The notes under the pieces were generated by a model. The model did not search any database and was not told the origin of the DNA. It saw only the letters and a list, made by a program, of their open reading frames with translations. The position numbers were made by a program, and so were the translations under genes. A stretch of 64,000 nucleotides of DNA from an uncultured Ignavibacteria bacterium (GTDB lineage Bacteria; Zixibacteria; MSB-5A5; CAIYYT01). Where the stretch lies: assembly GCA_964584025.1 (NCBI GenBank), contig CAZOYE010000001.1, positions 138,401-202,400 of the forward strand, written 5' to 3'. Shown piece after piece: positions 8,961 to 18,386 of the stretch. The first letter of the stretch is position 1; each line of letters begins with the position of its first letter.

Positions 8961-10442
8961 ATGCAATTTGTCAAGGCTCGCCGCGGCGCCGTCCTCGCGC
9001 TGGCGCTGTTGACACTCGCCGCTCTCGGCTGCAGTTCGACGCCGGTCGACGACGGTAAAGTCCCGATCACGACCAATTCCGACAAGGCCAGACAGCTCTT
9101 CGTCGAGGCGCGCGATCTCAGCGAAAAACTGCGCGGCAACGAATCTCTGCCGCTGCTCAAACAGGCGGTCGAACTCGACCCCGATTTTGCCCAGGCCCAC
9201 CTCTTGCTGGCGCAGGTTTCAGCCACGCCCGGTGAATTCTTCGCTGCGCTCGATAAGGCGCGCAACACCGCCGCCAAGGCCAGTCCCGCCGAGCAATTGT
9301 TGATCCAGGCCACCGTCGCCGGCGTTAATGGCGACCAACCGAAGCAGGAGGAACTTCTCAAGCAACTCGAAACCGCCCGTCCCACCGACGAGCGCGTCCA
9401 CACGCTTCTCGGCAACGTCTATTTCGGCCAGCAGCGTTGGGAGGATGCCTCCCGCCACTACATGCAGGCCGCGGCAATTGCGCCGAATTACTCGCCGGTC
9501 TACAACCAACTCGGCTACGCGCACCGATTCAATAACCGCATGGATGAGGCCGAAGCCGCCTTCAAGAAATACATCGAGCTGACTCCGACCGACCCCAACC
9601 CCTACGACTCGTATGCCGAATTGCTGATGAAGCTCAGCCGCTTCGAGGAGTCGATCGCGCAATACGAGAAGGCGCTTAAAACCAACGCCGATTTCCCGCC
9701 CTCGTATTTCGGCATCGCCAGCAATCTCAATTTTATGGGCCGTCATCAGGACGCCCGTGAAAAATTGCAGCAGTTTCTTGATCAAGCCAAGAACGACGGC
9801 CAACGCCGCGCTGCCTATGCCGGCATGGCGATCTCGGCGATCGACGAAGGCAACTTCGAAGCTGGTCTCGACATGCTGCACAAGATGTACGACATCGCCG
9901 CCGCGAGCAACGATTACGCCGCCATGTCGGGGGATGTCAACCTGATGGGCAATGTCTTGCTGGAAGTGGGGCGCTACGCCGACGCTCTCCAGCGCTTCCA
10001 GGAAACCGTTGACTTGCAGGCCAAGGCGGAAAACAACTCCGAGCGTCTAATGGCGCTCGCGCAGCTCAATTTCCATTACGATGCCGGCCGCGTGGCCGCG
10101 CGCTCCGGCGATCTGGAATCGGCTAAGCAACATTTTCAGACTTACCAGGCAGGCGCCGAGGCCAACCAGAACACTTTCCAGATCTGGGCAGCGCACCAAC
10201 TCGGCGCGATCATTGCCCTGCAGGAAAAGAACTGGGATCAGGCTATCTCCCATCTCGGCCAGTCGAATCCGCAAAACCCGTACAATCTCTGCTTGATGGC
10301 TGAGGCTTACCGCGGCAAGGGCGACACTGAACGCGCCGAGCACAGCTTTCAGGAGGCCTTTACCTACAACTCGGTAAACAATCTCAACCAGTCGCTGGCG
10401 AGACAGCGGGTGATCGCCCTGACCGGGAAGGTCGGAGCATAA
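8961..10442 (+). CDS. TPR-repeat lipoprotein
   Basis: ORF track. AAGGAG lies upstream, and the signal peptide with lipobox reads LALALLTLAALGCSS. Multiple TPR-like A/Y/L helical pairs are present (AQAHLLLAQV, YNQLGYAHRF, DSYAELLMKL and others). Confidence 0.8.
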   Translation: MQFVKARRGAVLALALLTLAALGCSSTPVDDGKVPITTNSDKARQLFVEARDLSEKLRGNESLPLLKQAVELDPDFAQAHLLLAQVSATPGEFFAALDKARNTAAKASPAEQLLIQATVAGVNGDQPKQEELLKQLETARPTDERVHTLLGNVYFGQQRWEDASRHYMQAAAIAPNYSPVYNQLGYAHRFNNRMDEAEAAFKKYIELTPTDPNPYDSYAELLMKLSRFEESIAQYEKALKTNADFPPSYFGIASNLNFMGRHQDAREKLQQFLDQAKNDGQRRAAYAGMAISAIDEGNFEAGLDMLHKMYDIAAASNDYAAMSGDVNLMGNVLLEVGRYADALQRFQETVDLQAKAENNSERLMALAQLNFHYDAGRVAARSGDLESAKQHFQTYQAGAEANQNTFQIWAAHQLGAIIALQEKNWDQAISHLGQSNPQNPYNLCLMAEAYRGKGDTERAEHSFQEAFTYNSVNNLNQSLARQRVIALTGKVGA

Positions 10443-10472
10443 GTGAACCGCCAATCCTTCATCCCCAAACGC

Positions 10473-10497
10473 GAGGGCGAGCCACCGGCTCGCCCTC
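10473..10497 (+). terminator. Rho-independent terminator between convergent TPR and vWA genes
   Basis: The stem gagggcgagcc / ggctcgccctc (10-11 bp) is followed on the + strand by the T-rich stretch acagctttcccctttgtttc. It starts 31 nt after the stop codon of the TPR gene (TAA 10440-10442). Confidence 0.55.
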
Positions 10498-10585
10498 ACA
10501 GCTTTCCCCTTTGTTTCACCGCCAGGTGATGCCCTCTTTCATCCGGTCAGTGGCAGCCTCCAACCACTGAAGGATTCTTGAGCCA

Positions 10586-12613
10586 CTATTCGCCCTTCAG
10601 GCCGAGCGGCTCCCCGTTGAGATTGCGTTCCTTGTCCTTGCGCATGCGGTCGGCCTTGGCAATCAAGTCCATCAACTCGATGACCTGATCATCCGGCCGC
10701 TGCCGTTCCACCGAGCGCGCCACTTCCAGCACGTCGCCAAGAGCGCTGCCCTTGGCCCAGTAAGAACTGCGCATGATCTCTGAGAACTCCGCCGCGGCCG
10801 CCGCCAAGCGGAAATCCGCCGAGGTCTCTTCGAAACTGCGGCGCAGGATTCTCCGGTCGATCCGTTCGGAAATCTCCGTCACGGTAAAAGTCTCGGGGTG
10901 CTTGAACCGCACGTAAATCGTACCGATCTCGCTGCTGGCAGCGTCCTTGCGCAGCTTGATTTCGTAAAGCGCGGTCACCTTATGCCCCGACCCGATTTCG
11001 CCGCCGTCTTCCTTGTCGTCGCGGAACTTCTCGTCGGCGACATCGCGGTTTTCATAGCCCAGCAGCCGGTAGCGCTCGACCGCGTTGGGATTGAAATCGA
11101 CCTGGATCTTTACGTCCCGCGCAATCACCTGCAGCGCGCCGGTGAGGTTGTCGCGGAATACCCGCTGTGCGTCTTCCCAGGTGTCGACATATGCATAGTA
11201 GCCGTTCCCCTTGTTGCCGAGCTTTTCCATGAGGACGTCGTTGTAGTTGCCCATGCCGAATCCGATGGTCGAGAGCGTAATCCCCTTGTCCGCATACTGT
11301 TTGATCGACTTGAGAATTTCTTCAGCCCCGGTCTGTCCGACATTCGCCACGCCGTCCGAGCAGAGAATCACCCGATTGATCTTACCTGTCTCGAACATCC
11401 GGTCAGCCATCTGGTAACCCAGACGAATTCCCGCCTCGGCATAGGTCGAACCGTTGGGATAAAGCTGCTCGATCGCGGCGATGATTGTCTCGCTGTTCGC
11501 AATCGAAGTCGGCTCCAGAATCGTCCACGCCTGGCTGCCGTAGGCGACAATACCGACGCGATCACGCGGATTGAGTTGGTCGACCAGCATCCGCAAGCTG
11601 CGCCGCACCAGGCCCAGGCGATTCTCGGAGGCCATCGAACCCGACACATCAACAACGAACACGAGGTTTGCATCGAGCCGCATCTTGGGATCGACTACTT
11701 TTCCAGCGATGCCGATTTTGAGAAGCTGGTAATTCTGCCCAAACCGCGAGGGCGCCGCTTCCAGTTCAACTGCGAACGCGCGATCGTGCGGGTGCTGATA
11801 GTCATACTTGAAGTTATTGACGAACTCCTCGACGCGGATTGCTTCCTCAGGCGGCAGATTGCCGTCGTTAAGGTAAGCCCTCGCCATCGTGTAAGCGGCA
11901 TTATCGGTGTCAATTGCGAAAGTCGAGAGGTGATCATCATCGGTATCGATAAAGGGATTAACGCCGTAATTCTTGAAGAACATGGCATCCACCGGTTCGC
12001 CGTTTGGCGGCGTGGTACCGCCATGCGCTGGCGGCGGATAGCACCCACCCGGAAGCACTGCTGGTGGCGGCGTTCCGCAGAAACCGAGGGGAGAAGGCTT
12101 CACGCGCATGCGCTGCTCTTTCTTTGGCGCGACAGACTGGTAAGGAACGCCGAGAGCATCTTGCGCGTTCGTGACCGGCATGTTCTTGATATTCTCCGGT
12201 GTAATCTGCCGCAGGTTAGCGGTCTCGGTAATCTTGAGTAGGTCTCTCTCAGCAACGACAATTTGCGCATCGGTCTGGATAAGCGATTCCTCGAGCGCGA
12301 AATCCTGCTGCGTAGTTGAATTGGGCGACACCGTCAATTCCACGACCCTGACTGATGTATATCCCGTCACTGAAGCCGTTAGCGCGTACTTCCCCGGCGG
12401 TACATTGATGATTATGTACTCCCCGAGCGAATCCGCCTGCGCGCCGATGGTTGTGCCGTCGATAACAACGACCGCCGATGCAATCGGCGCCTTCGTCATC
12501 TTGTTGATCACTTTTCCGCGGATTTTGCCGGTCTCGCCCGACATCACTTGCGAGGCTACCACCGCCAGTAGCCAGACTGCTGCGATTGCAGCCGTCAGAA
12601 GGAAGCGTTTCAT
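10586..12613 (-). CDS. von Willebrand factor A domain protein (YfbK-like: vWA + DUF3520-type C-terminus) with N-terminal CarboxypepD_reg-like module
   Basis: ORF track 10586..12658, trimmed to ATG 12613 (MKRFLLTAAIAAVWLL, GGAGGA upstream). The N-terminal module reads GKIRGKVINKMTKAPIASAVVVIDGT...PGKYALTASVTGY. The vWA MIDAS region is LVFVVDVSGSMASENRL, and the C-terminus reads YRLLGYENRDVADEKFRDDKEDGGEIGSGHKVTALYEI. Confidence 0.85.
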   Translation of the reverse strand: MKRFLLTAAIAAVWLLAVVASQVMSGETGKIRGKVINKMTKAPIASAVVVIDGTTIGAQADSLGEYIIINVPPGKYALTASVTGYTSVRVVELTVSPNSTTQQDFALEESLIQTDAQIVVAERDLLKITETANLRQITPENIKNMPVTNAQDALGVPYQSVAPKKEQRMRVKPSPLGFCGTPPPAVLPGGCYPPPAHGGTTPPNGEPVDAMFFKNYGVNPFIDTDDDHLSTFAIDTDNAAYTMARAYLNDGNLPPEEAIRVEEFVNNFKYDYQHPHDRAFAVELEAAPSRFGQNYQLLKIGIAGKVVDPKMRLDANLVFVVDVSGSMASENRLGLVRRSLRMLVDQLNPRDRVGIVAYGSQAWTILEPTSIANSETIIAAIEQLYPNGSTYAEAGIRLGYQMADRMFETGKINRVILCSDGVANVGQTGAEEILKSIKQYADKGITLSTIGFGMGNYNDVLMEKLGNKGNGYYAYVDTWEDAQRVFRDNLTGALQVIARDVKIQVDFNPNAVERYRLLGYENRDVADEKFRDDKEDGGEIGSGHKVTALYEIKLRKDAASSEIGTIYVRFKHPETFTVTEISERIDRRILRRSFEETSADFRLAAAAAEFSEIMRSSYWAKGSALGDVLEVARSVERQRPDDQVIELMDLIAKADRMRKDKERNLNGEPLGLKGE

Positions 12614-12749
12614 TGATTTCCTCCGTTTTTCAGGTTGATTCTTCTTCCTTGCACTCAATACAGCCTGAATGCGCGGATATTCCCATCATGGCGGTGAATC
12701 TGTTTGTGAATGGCGGATCAGGACTTAGCTATTGAACCGTGACACCTCC

Positions 12750-13244
12750 TCATTTGCGCAGGATGTCATAAACGTCGCCGCTCGGCATGTAACGAATGTG
12801 TTCGGCAGTAAGCTGATACATCGATTGAGTTTCGTATATTCTTAGCCGCCAGTTTGCACGTGGAACTATTGGACAGCCATCGATAACGATTATCGTTTCC
12901 TCCAGACAGAAAGTCACCCAACTCGTGCAAGCCGCCGCAACTTCAACGCCTTCAACAGCCACAGACCTATAGCCTGCAGTTGCGCCAACTACCGTGTACA
13001 CACCTGCTGTCAGACCGCAAATACAAAATACTCCTGAAGTATCAGTTTGGCAGCCTTTGGTAGTGCCTGCGAGGTACACAACAGCAAACGGGATTGTGCT
13101 ACTCGTATCCGCGCTGGTCACCTTTCCGCAGATACACCCTACTCCTGTCGAGTCCTTCGCTGCGAGTGATACCGCACCCTGCAGCAGCAGGCAAGCGAAC
13201 AGCAGAGCACAAACTCCGCGCACGACAACCTCCTGGCGTAACAT
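12750..13244 (-). CDS. Small secreted Cys-rich CarboxypepD_reg-like protein (free-standing paralogue of the N-terminal module of the downstream vWA protein)
   Basis: ORF track 12750..13388, trimmed to ATG 13244 (MLRQEVVVRGVCALLFACLLLQGAVSLAA signal peptide). It continues ICGKVTSADTSSTIPFAVVYLAGTTKGCQTDTSGVFCICGLTAGVYTVVGATAGY and ends with a plug-like stub, QLTAEHIRYMPSGDVYDILRK. Confidence 0.6.
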   Translation of the reverse strand: MLRQEVVVRGVCALLFACLLLQGAVSLAAKDSTGVGCICGKVTSADTSSTIPFAVVYLAGTTKGCQTDTSGVFCICGLTAGVYTVVGATAGYRSVAVEGVEVAAACTSWVTFCLEETIIVIDGCPIVPRANWRLRIYETQSMYQLTAEHIRYMPSGDVYDILRK

Positions 13245-13439
13245 TCCAACTACTGTGAATCCCCCAAAACTCACAGATACTTCCCATTTCCATTGTTCGA
13301 ATAGCTCGTGTGTCGCAACGAAGCCGGTGGGCTGGCCTCTATCATCCTGACGCGTCACCTTGTGCCGGCGTTCAATCCCAAAAAACACTTTGCCGCAAGA
13401 TTTCTGATTCGGTTCATTCGTACCACTATCGAGACCATT

Positions 13440-13649
13440 ATGTCGCCGTTTTTCTCAAAGTCCGTCACCAACATCGGCGTGCGCGAATGCCGCCGCCGCG
13501 AACGCGTCTCGCTCGTCGCTTTCGTCGCCACGATCATCATCTTTCTGGCGCTGAAGGTCTACGATGTCAGCCGCGGCTGGTACATTCCGCTCTTTCTGTC
13601 CGCCTTTGCAGCCGTTCTTGGCCTGCTCCAGGCGCGCGAAAAGACCTGA
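13440..13649 (+). CDS. Small 2-TM membrane protein ending at an in-frame TGA; the same frame stays open for 54 more codons to 13811
   Basis: This lies in the frame of ORF 13308..13649, with ATG at 13440: MSPFFSKSVTNIGVRECRRRERVSLVAFVATIIIFLALKVYDVSRGWYIPLFLSAFAAVLGLLQAREKT*. After TGA 13647-13649 the frame continues ALLAMRGRRNFDQGEEVIINSEELAQVRSNAFRINWLALGISMAFTLLTFFLA* (a third TM helix). See the findings. Confidence 0.45.
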   Translation: MSPFFSKSVTNIGVRECRRRERVSLVAFVATIIIFLALKVYDVSRGWYIPLFLSAFAAVLGLLQAREKT

Positions 13650-13866
13650 GCGCTTTTGGCGATGCGCGGTCGGCGCAATTTCGATCAGGGCGAGGAAGTC
13701 ATCATTAACTCCGAAGAACTCGCGCAGGTTCGCAGTAATGCCTTTCGGATCAACTGGCTGGCTCTCGGAATCTCGATGGCTTTCACGCTCTTGACCTTCT
13801 TCCTCGCCTGATCGATCAGCCCCTTTCTCCTTGCCGCAGCGCCTGAAGCGCCTATCTTTTTCCACC

Positions 13867-14652
13867 ATGAAAGATGTTTTCGAAATCCTTGCTTCGCACC
13901 GTTCGATCCGGCGCTACAAGAGCGATCCGATCCCAGAAGATCTGCTCACTCGCATTCTCGATTCCGCGCGCCAAGCGCCGACTTCCTCGAATCTGCAGAC
14001 TTATTCAATCATTGTTGTGACCGATCCGTCAAAGAAGGATAAACTGGCGGGCTATTGCGGCAACCAATCCTATGTCGCCGGCTGTCCCGTATTTCTCGCG
14101 ATGTGCCCCGACTTACGTCGCATTGAGCGCGTCTGCGAACTGCGTGGCTACCAGTTCACCGATCGCTATATCGAGATGATGATGGTCGCCGTCGTCGATA
14201 CGGCGCTGGTCGCCCAGAACATCGTCGTTGCCGCTGAAGCTTCCGGGCTCGGCATCTGCATGATCGGCGCCATCCGCAATAACCCGGCGCAAGTCAGCGA
14301 TCTGCTCAAGCTGCCCGAGCGCGTCGTTCCGCTGATGGGGATCTGCCTCGGCTATCCCGATCACGAGCCGATGATCAAACCGCGCCTGCCGCGCGAACTC
14401 GCCGTCCATCGCGAAGAGTATCGCGACGACCATCTCGCCGACTTGATCGCTGACTATGACCGTATCATCAAGGCTACCGGTCTCTACGAGGGCGATAAAC
14501 GCAAGATCGCAGCCCCCGATGGCCGCACGATTCCCGATGACGCCTATAGCTGGAGCGAGCACTCGGCGCGCCGCGCGGCGACCACGAATCCCGCTTCGTT
14601 GCGCGTTCACCTGCGCGAATTCCTTGAAGCAAAGAAGATCGGATTGGGTTGA
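13867..14652 (+). CDS. Nitroreductase-family NAD(P)H-flavin oxidoreductase (NfsA-like)
   Basis: ORF track 13831..14652, trimmed to ATG 13867. The sequence reads MKDVFEILASHRSIRRYKSDPIPEDLLTRILDSARQAPTSSNLQTYSIIVVTD...GICMIGAIRN. Confidence 0.85.
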   Translation: MKDVFEILASHRSIRRYKSDPIPEDLLTRILDSARQAPTSSNLQTYSIIVVTDPSKKDKLAGYCGNQSYVAGCPVFLAMCPDLRRIERVCELRGYQFTDRYIEMMMVAVVDTALVAQNIVVAAEASGLGICMIGAIRNNPAQVSDLLKLPERVVPLMGICLGYPDHEPMIKPRLPRELAVHREEYRDDHLADLIADYDRIIKATGLYEGDKRKIAAPDGRTIPDDAYSWSEHSARRAATTNPASLRVHLREFLEAKKIGLG

Positions 14653-14667
14653 AGTCGACGAAGAGTC

Positions 14668-16041
14668 TTAGCTGATTTTCTGATAGACGCGCCACGCCTG
14701 CTTGACGCAATCATTCAGCCCGATGCCGTAATAAGCGTTGCTGGCGAGATGAAGTTGCCCGAGCGCTTTCAACTCCCCTTCCACAACATCCATAACCGCA
14801 CGGTGACCGATGTGATACTGGGGTATCCCGTATTGCCAGCGGTAGACTTTCACCGTCTCCGGCCTGCCGCTAATGCCCATGATCTCCGCCAGATCGTTTG
14901 ACGCCAGTTCGGTGAGTTTGGTGTCATCCAGCCTGATCGAGTCATGATCGCCGTCCCCGCCCAACATCGTGCGAAACTGCACCTTCCCCTGAGGAGCACG
15001 GTCGGCGAATATCGACGACGTCCAGATCGATCCCAAGATCCGCCGCCCCTCTTTCTGCGGCACCAAGAACCCGAATCCTTCCACTGAACGCTTCACTTGC
15101 GAGGCATCATAGCCAAGGCAGACAACCGCAATCGGCGCATACTTGATACGACCGAGCGCTTCGTGCAAGGTTGGCGAGAGGTTCCTGACGACGTCGGCAG
15201 CGACATACGAAGGAGTTGCCAGGACGATATGCCTTGCCTCAAGCGTAGTTCCGTCGGCAGTCGCGACGCGCAGGAATTCACCCGATCGGGTGATAGACTT
15301 CAGCGGACTGGAGCATTGGATAGAGTCTCGATACAGCTCTTCGAACCGCTCAATAATTCGGTAAAGCCCGCCGCGAAACGAAGTCAGCCAACCGCCCGGT
15401 CCGGCCGGCCCACCGCTCTTCTTCCCGGCCGCGCGTGCCGCTTTCGCCTTGGCCATCATCGCCTTGAACAACGAGCCGTGCTCGTCCTCCATCTCGCGCA
15501 TGATCGCGAAGCACGATTGCAGCGAAAGCTGTGAGGCTACCCCGCCATAGACACCAGACACCATCGGCTGCACCAGATAGTCTGCGGCCTCCTGCCCGAT
15601 CCGCCGCTTGGCAAAATCGTAAATCGATTCGTCGATTCCGTCCGACCGCGGCTTCGCCCAAGGTTCTCGCATGATGCGCAGCTTCCCGCGCCAACTGATA
15701 ATATCCGCCATCAGGAACTTCGGCGGCGACATCGGCACCGGCCGTAGTCTTCCCCCTCGCAGGATAAATCTCGCATTGACGCTCTCGTTGGCGCGCTCGA
15801 GTTGATCCTTGAGCCCCAGTTCCTCGCAGAGTTGCAGCGTCAGAGGCTCGCGATCCAGAAATCCGTTCGGACCCCAGTCGAAACTGTAGCCGTCGATCCC
15901 GTCTGTACCGATAGTTCCCCCGAGACGCGGTTCAGCTTCCAGGAGTCTGACTTGAAGATGCGGCTTGTGGCGCCGCAAGTAGTGCAGTGTCGCCAGGCCG
16001 GAGATTCCTCCGCCAGCGATGATTACATCATACTTTGACAT
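14668..16041 (-). CDS. hemY: Protoporphyrinogen/coproporphyrinogen oxidase, FAD-dependent (HemY type)
   Basis: ORF track. The FAD fold reads MSKYDVIIAGGGISGLATLHYL, and the protein is HemY-length at 457 aa. It is the last gene of the haem operon and overlaps hemH by 14 nt. Confidence 0.85.
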   Translation of the reverse strand: MSKYDVIIAGGGISGLATLHYLRRHKPHLQVRLLEAEPRLGGTIGTDGIDGYSFDWGPNGFLDREPLTLQLCEELGLKDQLERANESVNARFILRGGRLRPVPMSPPKFLMADIISWRGKLRIMREPWAKPRSDGIDESIYDFAKRRIGQEAADYLVQPMVSGVYGGVASQLSLQSCFAIMREMEDEHGSLFKAMMAKAKAARAAGKKSGGPAGPGGWLTSFRGGLYRIIERFEELYRDSIQCSSPLKSITRSGEFLRVATADGTTLEARHIVLATPSYVAADVVRNLSPTLHEALGRIKYAPIAVVCLGYDASQVKRSVEGFGFLVPQKEGRRILGSIWTSSIFADRAPQGKVQFRTMLGGDGDHDSIRLDDTKLTELASNDLAEIMGISGRPETVKVYRWQYGIPQYHIGHRAVMDVVEGELKALGQLHLASNAYYGIGLNDCVKQAWRVYQKIS

Positions 16042-16981
16042 CAGCGATCACCGCCCTTTGCACCAGCTTCGCCAGAATCACGCCAAAACGCCGGTCGTCG
16101 TTGAACATCGGCATCCGGCGAATCCGCTCGCCCTGTTGGGCGCCCACGATTTCTTTCAGCTGCAAATCGATCTCAAACAACGTCTCAATATGATCGCAGA
16201 CAAAGGCGATCGGCACGATGAAGAGTCCGCCAGCACGTTCGCCTAACAATCGCCTGGTCTCGTCGATCGTATCGGGACCAACCCATTTCACCGGCCCGGT
16301 GCGGCTCTGAAATGACAAAAAATACTCGCGCTTGCCGGCCGCCAGCTGGGCGGTGCGCCGGATCTGATCAACATACGGGTCGCCTTCGTCGACGAACTTC
16401 TGCGGCAGCGAATGTGCCGAGAAGAGCAGAGTCTCGTCCTTGCGGATGTTCGCTTCGATGTAATCGTGCAACAGCGCAATGTACTCGGCATCGTCATGAA
16501 ATTCCCTGATCCACTCCGTCTGTACGTGCGGATGTTTTTTCAGTTCCGCTTGCGCAACGGCGAACGACGATCCGGTTGTTGCCTTGCTGTACTGCGGATA
16601 GAGCGGTAGAAACACCAGTCGGCTAAGTCCCTGCTCGACCGCGCTTGCGATCGCCGTGGGAATTGCGGGCCGCGAATAGCGCATCCCGACAAAGCACTTG
16701 ACGTCCGGCATGGCCTCATGAAGCTCGGCTTCGATATGACGCGCTTGCGCCTCCGTCCACTTCAAGAGCGGCGAGCCGCCGCCGATGCGGCTGTAGTTGT
16801 GCGTCACCTCCGGCGTCCGTCGCTTAGAGATCATCCGCGCAAACGGCTTCTGAAAGAGCGCGCCGCCTGGTAGCCGGATGATGTGACGATCCGAAAAGAT
16901 GTTGAAGAGATATTCGGGAATCTCAGCGGTCGTGGCCGGACCGCCCATCGCCAGAAGTATGACTGCTGTCTTATCCTGCAT
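16028..16981 (-). CDS. hemH: Ferrochelatase
   Basis: ORF track. Motifs are AVILLAMGGP...EIPEYLFNIFSD..II, LFLPLYPQYSKATTGSS, LLFSAHSLP and FVCDHIETL. Confidence 0.9.
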   Translation of the reverse strand: MQDKTAVILLAMGGPATTAEIPEYLFNIFSDRHIIRLPGGALFQKPFARMISKRRTPEVTHNYSRIGGGSPLLKWTEAQARHIEAELHEAMPDVKCFVGMRYSRPAIPTAIASAVEQGLSRLVFLPLYPQYSKATTGSSFAVAQAELKKHPHVQTEWIREFHDDAEYIALLHDYIEANIRKDETLLFSAHSLPQKFVDEGDPYVDQIRRTAQLAAGKREYFLSFQSRTGPVKWVGPDTIDETRRLLGERAGGLFIVPIAFVCDHIETLFEIDLQLKEIVGAQQGERIRRMPMFNDDRRFGVILAKLVQRAVIADVKV

Positions 16982-16992
16982 GGCCGCGGCTC

Positions 16993-18384
16993 TCAGATTG
17001 TGCGGGAGAACTTCACGCCCCGGGCTTCGCCGTTTTCATCCAGATAGGCGTCAAACGTCATCGCGATGTTGCGGACAAACGTCCGTCCCACCGGCGTGAT
17101 CTGCAGCCCGTAGTCGTCGAAGCTCATTAATTGGTCGGCGAGAAACGGATCGAGTCGCCCGTGCTCTTTCGCAAAGTAATCGCTATAGCGAATCTCGAAA
17201 AGTTGCTCCAGCGCCTGGTAGTGCAGGCGGAAATTGCACATCAGTTGGCTGATCACGTACTGGCGAATCAGGTCGTCCTGCGAGAGGTTCATTCCGCGAT
17301 AGACGGCGAATTCCTGCTCCTTGATCGCCTTTTCGTAGCTGTCCAGTTTGGAGGTGTTCTGGAAGAACGCGTTGTTGACGTAGCCGATCGCCGACATGCC
17401 GAAACCGATCATCTCAGGCGCGCTCTGAACGGTGTAGCCCATGAAATTGCGGTGCAAGCGACCGTCCTGCTGCGCCAGCGAGAGTTCATCTTCCGGCAGG
17501 GCGAAGTGATCCATGCCGATCTGTCGATACCCCGCCTTCGTGAACTCCGCGACGGCAGTGGCAAATAGCTGATACTTCACTTCGGTCGCGGGAAGCTGAA
17601 GGGAGTTAATCACCGACTGGTGCGGCATGTTCTGCGGTAAGTAGGCAAACGAATACATCGCCACGCGATCGGGACGCAACGACAGCGCTTTGGCAATCGT
17701 CGCGGCGAACGAATCGACGTTCTGCTTCGGTAAGCCGTAGATCAGATCCAGGTTGATGCCCGTGAAACCCAACTGCCGGCCCTTCTCAAGAATATGCTGC
17801 ACCGATTCAAACGACTGCACCCGCCCCATCGCTTCCTGCACCTGCGGATCAAAGTCCTGCGTGCCGATCGAGAGGCGGTTGAAGCCTGACTGGGCGAGAA
17901 ATTCCAACTGCTCGTCGGTTGTCACGCGGGGATCAACCTCGATCGACTTCTCGCAGCCTGCGGCAAACTCGAACTTGGCGTCGATCGCACTAAGAACGAT
18001 CTCCAAGCCACGGCAATCCAGAAACGTCGGCGTTCCACCGCCAAGATGCAACTGGCTCACCCGGCGGCGCGCGCCGAGAAGAGCGGCTGTATTCTTGATC
18101 TCCGTCGTGATACTGGCGACGTAGCTGTCGATACGCTCTTTGTGTTGGGTGACAACCGTATTACAGCCGCAGTAGAAGCAGCGTTTCCGGCAAAAGGGAA
18201 TGTGACAATACAACGCCAGCGGCGTGTCTTTCCGCGCGGCGGCTGCACCAAGTGCCGTGCGGTACTGCGCGACACCGACCTCCGCCGACCAGACCGGTAC
18301 GGTGGGATAACTGGTGTAGCGGGGTCCCGGACGGTCATATTTCCGGAGCAGTTCGATGGGGATGCGCGTGAATGACTCTGCCAT
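16993..18384 (-). CDS. hemN: Oxygen-independent coproporphyrinogen III oxidase (radical SAM, HemN type)
   Basis: ORF track 16993..18390; ATG 18384 gives MAESFTRIPIELLRKYDRPGPRYTSYPT. The full four-cysteine HemN signature YCHIPFCRKRCFYCGC (CxxxCxxCxC) and the length of about 460 aa argue for true HemN rather than HemW. Confidence 0.9.
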   Translation of the reverse strand: MAESFTRIPIELLRKYDRPGPRYTSYPTVPVWSAEVGVAQYRTALGAAAARKDTPLALYCHIPFCRKRCFYCGCNTVVTQHKERIDSYVASITTEIKNTAALLGARRRVSQLHLGGGTPTFLDCRGLEIVLSAIDAKFEFAAGCEKSIEVDPRVTTDEQLEFLAQSGFNRLSIGTQDFDPQVQEAMGRVQSFESVQHILEKGRQLGFTGINLDLIYGLPKQNVDSFAATIAKALSLRPDRVAMYSFAYLPQNMPHQSVINSLQLPATEVKYQLFATAVAEFTKAGYRQIGMDHFALPEDELSLAQQDGRLHRNFMGYTVQSAPEMIGFGMSAIGYVNNAFFQNTSKLDSYEKAIKEQEFAVYRGMNLSQDDLIRQYVISQLMCNFRLHYQALEQLFEIRYSDYFAKEHGRLDPFLADQLMSFDDYGLQITPVGRTFVRNIAMTFDAYLDENGEARGVKFSRTI

Positions 18385-18386
18385 GT

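Noticed and set aside
13647-13649. I asked whether the in-frame TGA reflects genome-wide TGA reassignment (code 4 or 25).
   Set aside because: Many well-supported genes in the window, including hemL, hemE and the archaemetzincin-like lipoprotein gene (stop at 53036-53038), terminate at TGA at the expected protein length. The organism therefore uses the standard bacterial code.
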